Source of the DNA: an uncultured Gemmatimonadota bacterium
Lineage (GTDB): Bacteria; SM23-81; DAOVCL01
Assembly (NCBI GenBank): GCA_964626665.1
Contig: CAZVGK010000001.1
Location: 32,001 to 96,000 of the forward strand
Direction of reading: 5' to 3'
DNA length: 64,000 nt
Part shown: one piece after another, positions 56,179-64,000 of the stretch
Numbering within the stretch: position 1 is the first letter of the stretch
How the letters are laid out: every line of letters starts with the position of its first letter
Notes under the pieces: model-generated
What the model saw: the letters and a program-made list of their open reading frames with translations, nothing else
What the model was told of the DNA's origin: nothing
Databases searched by the model: none
Translations under genes and position numbers: made by a program

Positions 56179-57757
56179 TAATATAATTCTTATTGGATTT
56201 ATGGGAACAGGAAAGGATGTTGTTGGGAAGCAGATCGCAAGAAAAACGGGAATGAGTTTTCTTTCAGTTGATGAATTCATAGAGCTGAGGGAGAATAAAA
56301 CGATAAGCAGGATATTTGAGGAATCTGGTGAAGGGTATTTCAGGAGGTTAGAAAAAGAGGCGGTTCTGGCAATAAAGGATTTGAAGAATACAGTTGTAGC
56401 AACTGGGGGAGGAATTGTTATTGATGAGGAAAATCGGCGGCTTCTTTCTAAAATGGGTACAGTAATTCATCTTGAAGCAAAACTGGATCTCATTGAAGAA
56501 AGACTCAGAGATGATTTTAATCGTCCACTGATACAGGATAAAAAGAACATAAAGAGAATATTTAAAGAAAGGAAGGGTATATACGATTTTGCAGAACTAA
56601 AAATTGATACATCATTTAAGAATCCCCATGAGATTGCAGATGAAATAATCCAAAAAGGAAATGTAAGAAAGAGAGACAGGAACTTCCCACTTGATACAAT
56701 CGTTGTGAAATCAGAATTAAAAAACTATCCTGTTCATGTTGGATCGGGCATTCTTACAAGCAATAAAAATTTCATTAGACTGCTGGATCTGAATACCAAT
56801 AGAACAATAGTGATTACCAATCCACTTGTGGGCGCTTTATATCTACAGTCTATTGAGGATGCCCTTAATGAGAACAAAGTCAATCCCATTCACTTTATCG
56901 TACCTGATGGAGAGGAGTATAAGACATTAGAGATGGCTACCCGTATCTATGATTTTCTCTTGGAAAATAAGGTAACTAGATCAGAGCCAATAATTGCCCT
57001 TGGTGGCGGTGTAATAGGAGATCTTGCTGGTTTTGTTGCCGCTACATACAAGAGGGGAGTACCTCTCATCCAGATTCCGACAACACTACTTGCCCAGGTC
57101 GATGCATCTATTGGTGGTAAGACTGGTGTTGACCATAAACTGGGGAAGAATATGATTGGAGCCTTCTATCAACCCGATTCGGTAATTACCGATGTGGCCG
57201 TGCTCTTAAGTCTTTCAGAGAGGGAATTTAGAAATGGTCTGGCAGAGGTGATAAAATACGGAATTATAAAGGATCAAAAACTCTTTTCTTTGCTTGAAAA
57301 AAAGCATAACGAAATTTTAGACCGTGATATCAATATCCTTACTGAAATTATATCGAGGTGTATACAGATAAAGAGAAAAATTGTACAAGAGGATGAAAGG
57401 GAGGAGAAGGGCATAAGGGAGATTTTGAACTATGGGCATACAATAGGCCATATTATTGAGACGCTCACGGGTTATTCACAATACAGGCATGGTGAGGCAG
57501 TAGCAATTGGTATGGTTGAGGAAGCCAGAATGGCCGTGAGGAACGGCGTTTTGGAGGAAGAGGATTTAAAAAGGTTATCAGAGCTGATTTCATCATACGG
57601 GTTGCCTGTGGAGATACCCGAGTCCATAAGTAGGAATGATGTAAGGGGAAAGATACTTCAGGACAAGAAGGTCAGGCATGGAGAAATAAGAATGCCCATT
57701 CCTGAAGGGATAGGAAGAGTTGTCTTAAGGGAGGTACGATGCGAAACATTGTTGTAA
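56171..57757 (+). CDS. aroB: shikimate kinase / 3-dehydroquinate synthase fusion (AroK-AroB)
   Basis: GFMGTGK and ATGGG; then GGGVIGD, PTTLLAQVD, LNYGHT and HGEAV. Confidence 0.95.
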   Translation: MSDNIILIGFMGTGKDVVGKQIARKTGMSFLSVDEFIELRENKTISRIFEESGEGYFRRLEKEAVLAIKDLKNTVVATGGGIVIDEENRRLLSKMGTVIHLEAKLDLIEERLRDDFNRPLIQDKKNIKRIFKERKGIYDFAELKIDTSFKNPHEIADEIIQKGNVRKRDRNFPLDTIVVKSELKNYPVHVGSGILTSNKNFIRLLDLNTNRTIVITNPLVGALYLQSIEDALNENKVNPIHFIVPDGEEYKTLEMATRIYDFLLENKVTRSEPIIALGGGVIGDLAGFVAATYKRGVPLIQIPTTLLAQVDASIGGKTGVDHKLGKNMIGAFYQPDSVITDVAVLLSLSEREFRNGLAEVIKYGIIKDQKLFSLLEKKHNEILDRDINILTEIISRCIQIKRKIVQEDEREEKGIREILNYGHTIGHIIETLTGYSQYRHGEAVAIGMVEEARMAVRNGVLEEEDLKRLSELISSYGLPVEIPESISRNDVRGKILQDKKVRHGEIRMPIPEGIGRVVLREVRCETLL

Positions 57758-58176
57758 TACATGGACCAAATCTTAATCTTCTAGGGAAGCGAAAACCAGA
57801 GGTATACGGGACCCTGACTCTTGATGAGTTGAACAGGAAGATAGAAGCCTTTTCCGAAGAGAAGAATATCGTGGTGCATATCATTCAGTCCAACAGTGAG
57901 GGCGATATCATCGGCGCGATTCATGATGCTGGTGGTACTCACGGAATAGTGATCAACCCTGGCGGGTATACCCACACCTCGGTTGCCATCAGGGATGCTG
58001 TGGAAGCTGTTGGGGTTCCGGTTGTGGAGGTTCACATCAGCAATATCTATGCGAGGGAAGCGTTCAGGCAGAAATCTGTGATTGCTCCGGTTTGCATCGG
58101 ACAGATAACAGGACTGGGCTGGGTTGGTTACCTATTGGCAATTGAATACCTTATGAAAATGAGTGAGGGAAAATGA
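57739..58176 (+). CDS. aroQ: type II 3-dehydroquinate dehydratase
   Basis: [17 protein letters not shown] and EVHISN. Confidence 0.96.
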   Translation: MRNIVVIHGPNLNLLGKRKPEVYGTLTLDELNRKIEAFSEEKNIVVHIIQSNSEGDIIGAIHDAGGTHGIVINPGGYTHTSVAIRDAVEAVGVPVVEVHISNIYAREAFRQKSVIAPVCIGQITGLGWVGYLLAIEYLMKMSEGK

Positions 58177-59354
58177 GAACGAACTTACCCGATGAAAGAG
58201 GTTATTTCGGAAAGTTCGGCGGCAGGTACGTCCCTGAAACGTTGATGACTGCCCTTGATGAATTAGAAAAGGCATACCTGTCGATGCGGGATGATCCGGA
58301 ATTCAAGAAGACGTTCGATTATTATCTTCGTGAATACGCAGGTAGACCGTCCCCATTGTACTCTGCTCGTAGACTCACAAGAGAACTTGGTGGTGCCAAG
58401 ATCTACCTGAAGCGCGAAGACCTCATGCACACGGGCGCGCACAAGATTAACAATACGATTGGTCAGGTTCTTCTTGCAGAGAGGACGGGAAAGAAAAGAA
58501 TCATTGCTGAGACGGGTGCAGGTCAGCATGGCGTCGCTACTGCCACTGCCTGTGCCTTATTTGGACTTGAATGTTCCGTTTACATGGGCACTGAGGACAT
58601 AGAAAGACAGAAAATGAATGTATTCAGGATGGAACTCCTTGGTGCTAAGGTTATACCTGTTGATTCAGGTTCCAGAACCCTCAAGGATGCAATAAACGAA
58701 GCTATAAGGGATTGGGTAACAAATGTCACCACTACCTATTATTGTATCGGCTCTGTGGTTGGACCTCATCCTTACCCTATGATGGTGCGTGATTTTCAAT
58801 CTATAATAGGAAAGGAGACAAAGGAACAGATACTGGGAAAAGAAGGCAGACTGCCCGATCTACTTATTGCTTGTGTTGGGGGCGGCAGCAATGCCATTGG
58901 ATTGTTTTATCCGTTCATAGATGATGATGTCAAAATGGTCGGTGTGGAGGGGGGAGGAGCAGGGTTGGATACCCGAAAGCATGCAGCCACATTGTGCAGG
59001 GGTAGCATTGGCGTTCTCCACGGTTCTATGAGTTATTTGCTCCAGGATGAAAACGGACAGATACTTCCAACACACTCGGTTGCTCCTGGATTAGATTATC
59101 CTGGTGTGGGCCCAGAACATGCTTATCTTAAAAATACCAATAGGATAGAATATACGTTTGCTACAGATGAGGAGACCCTCGAAGCATTTAGAATACTCTC
59201 AGAGACAGAGGGGATAATACCTGCACTTGAAAGTGCACACGCCGTCGCATATACGCTTAAAGTTGCCAGGAATATGCCAGAGGATAAGATAATCGTGGTA
59301 AATCTTTCTGGCCGGGGAGACAAGGACTTAGAAATTGTGGAGGGTGTGATATGA
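58173..59354 (+). CDS. trpB: tryptophan synthase beta chain
   Basis: [18 protein letters not shown] and GLDYPG. Confidence 0.98.
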   Translation: MRTNLPDERGYFGKFGGRYVPETLMTALDELEKAYLSMRDDPEFKKTFDYYLREYAGRPSPLYSARRLTRELGGAKIYLKREDLMHTGAHKINNTIGQVLLAERTGKKRIIAETGAGQHGVATATACALFGLECSVYMGTEDIERQKMNVFRMELLGAKVIPVDSGSRTLKDAINEAIRDWVTNVTTTYYCIGSVVGPHPYPMMVRDFQSIIGKETKEQILGKEGRLPDLLIACVGGGSNAIGLFYPFIDDDVKMVGVEGGGAGLDTRKHAATLCRGSIGVLHGSMSYLLQDENGQILPTHSVAPGLDYPGVGPEHAYLKNTNRIEYTFATDEETLEAFRILSETEGIIPALESAHAVAYTLKVARNMPEDKIIVVNLSGRGDKDLEIVEGVI

Positions 59355-60118
59355 GAATAAGGGAAACGTTTGATATCCTTAACCAGGCCGGAGAGATGTT
59401 ATTTATACCTTATATCACTGCTGGCTATCCTTCACTTGAGGAGTCAATAAACATTTTCCGTATGCTCTGCGAGTACGGTGCAGACATAATAGAAATAGGT
59501 GTTCCTTTCTCTGATCCTATTGCAGATGGTCCGACGATTCAGTATTCGTCGCAGATTGCCCTACAAAATGGCGTGACACTGAAAAAATTGATGGGCAGGT
59601 TGAGGGACGTGAAGATAGACAAGCCATTGATACTTATGTCCTATCTGAACCCATTACTGGCGTATGGAAAAGAAAATCTCTATAGAGATATGAAGGAAAT
59701 CGGTCTGTCAGGAATAATTGTTCCTGATATGCCTGCTGAGGAATCTGACGAATGGCTCTCTCTATCAAAGGCTTATGATATTGATATTATTTTTCTCGTT
59801 GCCCCCACATCCTCTGATGAGAGGATAAGATTTATTGCTGAACGGTCTTGCGGTTTTATATATTGCGTTAGTATCACAGGAACAACAGGAATGAGGGATG
59901 AATTACCAGGCGGGCTTTTAAGATTTATCAGGAAAATCAAGAAACTAACAGATGTGCCCGTTGCAGTTGGTTTTGGTATTTCAACACCTGAACAGATATT
60001 AACACTAAAAGGAGAGATAGATGGTGTTATTGTAGGAAGTAGAATAATAGAAGCCATAAGACGAGGAGAGAATTTAAAAGAAATTGTAGCGAAGTTGAAA
60101 AGTACAACAAGGAGGTAG
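59351..60118 (+). CDS. trpA: tryptophan synthase alpha chain
   Basis: [17 protein letters not shown] and VGFGIS. Confidence 0.97.
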   Translation: MRIRETFDILNQAGEMLFIPYITAGYPSLEESINIFRMLCEYGADIIEIGVPFSDPIADGPTIQYSSQIALQNGVTLKKLMGRLRDVKIDKPLILMSYLNPLLAYGKENLYRDMKEIGLSGIIVPDMPAEESDEWLSLSKAYDIDIIFLVAPTSSDERIRFIAERSCGFIYCVSITGTTGMRDELPGGLLRFIRKIKKLTDVPVAVGFGISTPEQILTLKGEIDGVIVGSRIIEAIRRGENLKEIVAKLKSTTRR

Positions 60119-60120
60119 AT

Positions 60121-61134
60121 ATGTTAGTAGTAATGCATAAAGATGCAACTAAAGAACAGATTGATAAGGTTAGCAATGTAATAAAAGAGATGGGGCTTAA
60201 AGCCCATCCTATCCCTGGTGCGCAGAGAGTTGCCATCGGAATAACAGGGAATAAGGAAATGGTAGACACTAACAGGATTGAAGGACTTCCTGGTGTAGTA
60301 AATATAATCCATGTTACCCAACCATTTAAGCTTGCAAATAGAGAGTTTCATCCTGAAGATACAATTGTCTCTGTTGATGGGAAATTTATTGGTGAAAAAG
60401 AGATTGCAATTATCGCAGGGCCTTGTGCTGTAGAGTCTGAAGAAAGTCTGTTAGAGATTGCAGAATTAGTTAAGGAAGCAGGGGCAAAATTCTTACGCGG
60501 CGGTGCGTTTAAACCAAGGAGCTCCCCATATAGTTTCCAAGGATTAGGAGAGAAGGGTTTAGAAATCTTGGCAAAGGCGCGTGAGCGCACAGGGCTCTCG
60601 ATAGTTACCGAGGTACTTTCCGAAGTGGATGTTCCCCTTGTATCACAATATGCAGATATCTTTCAGATAGGAGCCAGGAGTATGCAAAATTTTCCCTTAC
60701 TTAAGACAGTCGGTAGATTCCCAAAGCCGGTATTGCTTAAAAGGGGGATGTCGGCAACAATTGAGGAGTTGCTAATGTCGGCTGAGTATATCTTATCTGA
60801 GGGAAATCCCAATGTGATCCTGTGCGAAAGAGGAATCAGGACTTTTGAGAAATATACAAGAAATACATTGGATATTAGCACAGTTCCGGTGATTGACCGC
60901 TTGAGCCATCTACCCATTATTATCGATCCGAGCCATGCCTCTGGGAATTGGAGATACGTTAGCGCCCTTTCGAGGGCTGCGATTGCGGCGGGGGCCGATG
61001 GCCTGTTGATAGAAGTTCATACCAACCCTCCGGGTGCGCTTTCGGACGGGAAGCAGTCTCTGAAACCTGAAAGGTTTAATCAATTGATGGGAGAGATTAA
61101 AAAGATTGCAGCGGCAATAGGGAGGAAGGTATGA
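60121..61134 (+). CDS. aroF: DAHP synthase class I-beta with N-terminal regulatory domain
   Basis: [19 protein letters not shown] and DPSHA. Confidence 0.95.
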   Translation: MLVVMHKDATKEQIDKVSNVIKEMGLKAHPIPGAQRVAIGITGNKEMVDTNRIEGLPGVVNIIHVTQPFKLANREFHPEDTIVSVDGKFIGEKEIAIIAGPCAVESEESLLEIAELVKEAGAKFLRGGAFKPRSSPYSFQGLGEKGLEILAKARERTGLSIVTEVLSEVDVPLVSQYADIFQIGARSMQNFPLLKTVGRFPKPVLLKRGMSATIEELLMSAEYILSEGNPNVILCERGIRTFEKYTRNTLDISTVPVIDRLSHLPIIIDPSHASGNWRYVSALSRAAIAAGADGLLIEVHTNPPGALSDGKQSLKPERFNQLMGEIKKIAAAIGRKV

Positions 61135-61952
61135 AGAGAGTTTTTTATCAGGGAGAGAGGGGATGTTTCAGTGAACTTGCTGCTGAGAAGTTCTTTGATA
61201 GCCCAATAGAGGGAATCGGGGTGCCCACATTTGAGGCCGTGTTCGAAGCAGTGAAAAATGAAAGAGATGGTTATGGAATCATTCCCATCGAAAACGCTCT
61301 GACGGGAAGTATTCATCAGAATTACGATCTTCTCCTGAAGTATGATCTCTGGATTGTCGGAGAGGTGAGGTTGAAGATTACATTCAACCTGTTGGCTCAT
61401 CCAGGAGTTCGTTTGCCATCGATAAATGAAGTCTGGTCTCATCCCGTGGCCCTTGATCAATGCAAGGAATTCTTCACGCGTCATCCTGAATACAAAATTG
61501 TTCCGGTTTATGATACTGCAGGAGCGGCAAAAATTCTTCAGAAAGAGAAGAGAACCGATGTAGGTATTCTTGCGGGTCCCCAGGTTGCCAAACTTTATGG
61601 GCTTGAAACACTTGAACAGAGGGTCGAAGATAATCCCCAGAATTTTACACGATTCCTCATTCTCTCAGGTGAAAAGAAAATCTGTACGGGTCAAGATGTC
61701 AAGACCTCTCTTGTCTTCGGAGTCAAGAATGCCCCAGGTATTCTCTTCAAGTGTTTGAGCATTTTTGCGTTAAGAAATATCGACCTCACAAAATTGGAAT
61801 CCAGGCCCATCATCGGAAAACCCTGGGAATATCTATTTTATATTGATCTGAAAGGGAGTATTGAAGATGAAAGTTGTAAGGGCGCAGTGGAGAACTTTCG
61901 TGAGGTCGTTGCCTATTTGAGAATTTTAGGGAGTTACGAACTGAAGTGGTGA
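61131..61952 (+). CDS. pheA: prephenate dehydratase with ACT domain
   Basis: [13 protein letters not shown] and LTKLESRP. Confidence 0.95.
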   Translation: MKRVFYQGERGCFSELAAEKFFDSPIEGIGVPTFEAVFEAVKNERDGYGIIPIENALTGSIHQNYDLLLKYDLWIVGEVRLKITFNLLAHPGVRLPSINEVWSHPVALDQCKEFFTRHPEYKIVPVYDTAGAAKILQKEKRTDVGILAGPQVAKLYGLETLEQRVEDNPQNFTRFLILSGEKKICTGQDVKTSLVFGVKNAPGILFKCLSIFALRNIDLTKLESRPIIGKPWEYLFYIDLKGSIEDESCKGAVENFREVVAYLRILGSYELKW

Positions 61953-61956
61953 CGGT

Positions 61957-63267
61957 ATGAGACTCGTATTGAGAAAGTGCATCTCGCCCAGGGGTGAGGT
62001 GAAGGTGAGTGGAGATAAATCGATAACGCACAGGGGTTTCATCATTGGGGCCGTTGCTCGAGGGAGGAGTGTGCTTCGTGGGTATTCGAGATGCCAGGAT
62101 TGCGTGGCAACACTGAAGACCTTACGGGAGCTCGGAATATTCACAGAAGAATCGGAATCCACCGTGTCCATTCAGGGGAAAGGATTGGGCGGGCTTACTG
62201 AACCCGACGATGTGCTAAACTGTGAGAATTCCGGGACGACTATGCGATTGCTTGCCGGGCTGTTATCGGGGCAGGATTTCTTCTCCGTACTGACCGGGGA
62301 TGGTTCGTTACGAAGAAGACCGATGAGTAGGATTATTCAGCCGTTGAGTCAGATGGGTGCAGAGATCCGCGCAAGAAGTGGGGGCAGATTTGCTCCATTG
62401 AGCATTCAGGGCAGCACATTGAAGTCCATTGATTACACACTGCCTGTGGCCAGTGCCCAGGTGAAATCTGCCATCTTACTCGCCGGCCTTTGTGCCGATG
62501 GTGAGACAATCGTCGAAGAGCCGTATCCCACGAGAGATCATACCGAACGGATGCTGGCCCTTTTTGGCGCAAAAATCGAAAAAGCGGGTGAGAGAACGAT
62601 CCTTCGAGGGGAGGATAGCAACCTCGAAGCAAAGGAGTTGATCGTCCCGGGTGATCTCTCCTCGGCAGCCTATTTTATCGTCCTTGCAAGTCTTGCCCGT
62701 GATTCGGAGATTCTTTTGAAGGATGTGGGTGTAAACCCGACCCGAACAGGGATACTCGATGCGTTGGAAATGATGGGTGCAGGGATCTCTTTCTTGAATC
62801 GCAGGACGGTTTCCAATGAACCCGTTGCCGACCTTATGATTAAATCTGGTGGACTCGAGGGAAGAGAGGTATCGGGCAAACTCATCCCCAGACTCATAGA
62901 TGAAATACCTGTGTTGGCGGTGGCGGCTACTCAGGCAGAAGGGGTCACTGTGGTTAGGGATGCAGCCGAATTACGGGTAAAGGAGACCGACAGAATCAAG
63001 GCGATAGTGAAGGAACTCAAAAAAATGGGTGCCAAAATAGAGGAAAGAGAGGATGGATTTACCGTGGAAGGGCCGACACGGCTTTACGGAGCCTCGTGCA
63101 GTTCTTTTGGTGACCACAGAATTGCAATAGCCTTAGCCATTGCCGGACTTATAGCCGATGGAGTAACGACGATTGATGGTGCTGAATGTATAGACATTTC
63201 ATTCCCTGAATTCATACCAACAGCAAGGAAGGTGTGTGGTGAAGATAGGCTCACTACCCAAGATTAG
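61957..63267 (+). CDS. aroA: EPSP synthase (class II)
   Basis: GDKSITHR, SAQVKSA, RDHTERM, ELRVKETDR and DHRIA. Confidence 0.97.
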   Translation: MRLVLRKCISPRGEVKVSGDKSITHRGFIIGAVARGRSVLRGYSRCQDCVATLKTLRELGIFTEESESTVSIQGKGLGGLTEPDDVLNCENSGTTMRLLAGLLSGQDFFSVLTGDGSLRRRPMSRIIQPLSQMGAEIRARSGGRFAPLSIQGSTLKSIDYTLPVASAQVKSAILLAGLCADGETIVEEPYPTRDHTERMLALFGAKIEKAGERTILRGEDSNLEAKELIVPGDLSSAAYFIVLASLARDSEILLKDVGVNPTRTGILDALEMMGAGISFLNRRTVSNEPVADLMIKSGGLEGREVSGKLIPRLIDEIPVLAVAATQAEGVTVVRDAAELRVKETDRIKAIVKELKKMGAKIEEREDGFTVEGPTRLYGASCSSFGDHRIAIALAIAGLIADGVTTIDGAECIDISFPEFIPTARKVCGEDRLTTQD

Positions 63268-64000
63268 ATTCAACCGTGAGAGACTCGAATTAAAATCTTC
63301 TCCTGTGAGTGTATTCGAGGAAGTCTATAACCAGGATTATTTTGGCTTTATCTATGAATCATTGGAGAGTGTGGGAGAGAGGGGTAGATATTCATTCATT
63401 GGTGCAAGACCTTTCATCTTATTTAAGAGCAAAGGAGAAGATATAGAAATTAATGTTATGAAAAAGACTTACAAGAAGAAAGGGGATCCTATAGATTTTT
63501 TAAGAAGTATTGTGGCAGAATATAGAGAATGTCCTGATACGGTGTTCCCCGGTGGTGCGGTTGGATATATCTCCTATGATGCTGTAAGATTCTTCGAAAA
63601 AATTCCTGACATAAATCCGGATGAACTTGCTGTTCCTGATACATATTTTATGTTCCCTTCTGAGATAATCGTCTTTGATCACAAGGAAGGGACCGTTGAT
63701 ATTATTGTGTATTCTGAAAAGAATAATCAGGAAAGAATAAAGGAGTTGAGAGGTGCAATTGAGACATGCACAAAGGAGACTGCATTTCGACCTCATAAGC
63801 TTGAGGCGCCACTACCATTTGAGTCAAATTTCACCAAAGATTCCTACCAAGAGATTGTAGAAAAAGCAAAAGAATATATCTACGCAGGTGATGTATTCCA
63901 GGTTGTGCTTTCTCAGAGGTTCCGATGTTGTGTAGAGAAAGAACCCATCCGTATTTATAAGGCCCTCCGTCTCACAAATCCTTCCCCTTACATGTATTAT
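63239..64000 (+). CDS. trpE: anthranilate synthase component I (partial, runs off the window; absent from the ORF track)
   Basis: GTG at 63239 after AAGGAAGG; YES...GRYSFIG, GGAVGYISYD, AGDVFQVVLSQR and NPSPYMYY. Confidence 0.9.
   Translation, partial: MKIGSLPKIRFNRERLELKSSPVSVFEEVYNQDYFGFIYESLESVGERGRYSFIGARPFILFKSKGEDIEINVMKKTYKKKGDPIDFLRSIVAEYRECPDTVFPGGAVGYISYDAVRFFEKIPDINPDELAVPDTYFMFPSEIIVFDHKEGTVDIIVYSEKNNQERIKELRGAIETCTKETAFRPHKLEAPLPFESNFTKDSYQEIVEKAKEYIYAGDVFQVVLSQRFRCCVEKEPIRIYKALRLTNPSPYMYY

Overview
Bacterial chromosomal window, probably from an anaerobic diderm of the FCB-associated candidate phyla. That placement is inferred from PorV, T9SS/FlgD-type C-termini and the yggT-divIVA-pnp-ileS-dksA-lspA-rluD gene order. 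(1) 335-12925: a CsoR/CstR-family repressor, a palindromic operator and a complete 13-gene Mrp-Mbx/MBS-like (membrane-bound sulfane reductase-like) operon whose Fe-S subunit is fused to a GltD-like NAD(P)H flavoprotein. (2) 12933-19201: two histidine kinases, a single-domain response regulator, a CoA transferase and a receiver domain fused to a GcvH-like domain lacking the lipoyl-Lys. (3) 19478-24369: a HEAT/P-loop/WD40 protein, a CPBP protease and a TPR protein. (4) 24726-36085: PorV cluster, mltG, ruvX, rarA, fxsA, hicBA with attC-like flanks, pcrA. (5) 36550-39707: a frameshifted secreted protein with near-identical 156-bp propeller repeats. (6) 40313-48945: housekeeping genes. (7) 49637-64000: a consensus promoter, an unlisted 51-aa Trp/His/Tyr-rich leader peptide with an attenuator, a hisA-hisIE remnant and an AT-richer shikimate/Trp/Tyr/Phe supra-operon running off the end in trpE. 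Intergenic spaces hold several families of nested MITE/REP-like elements. I saw no rRNA, tRNA or CRISPR array. All calls come from reading motifs by eye; no searches were run.
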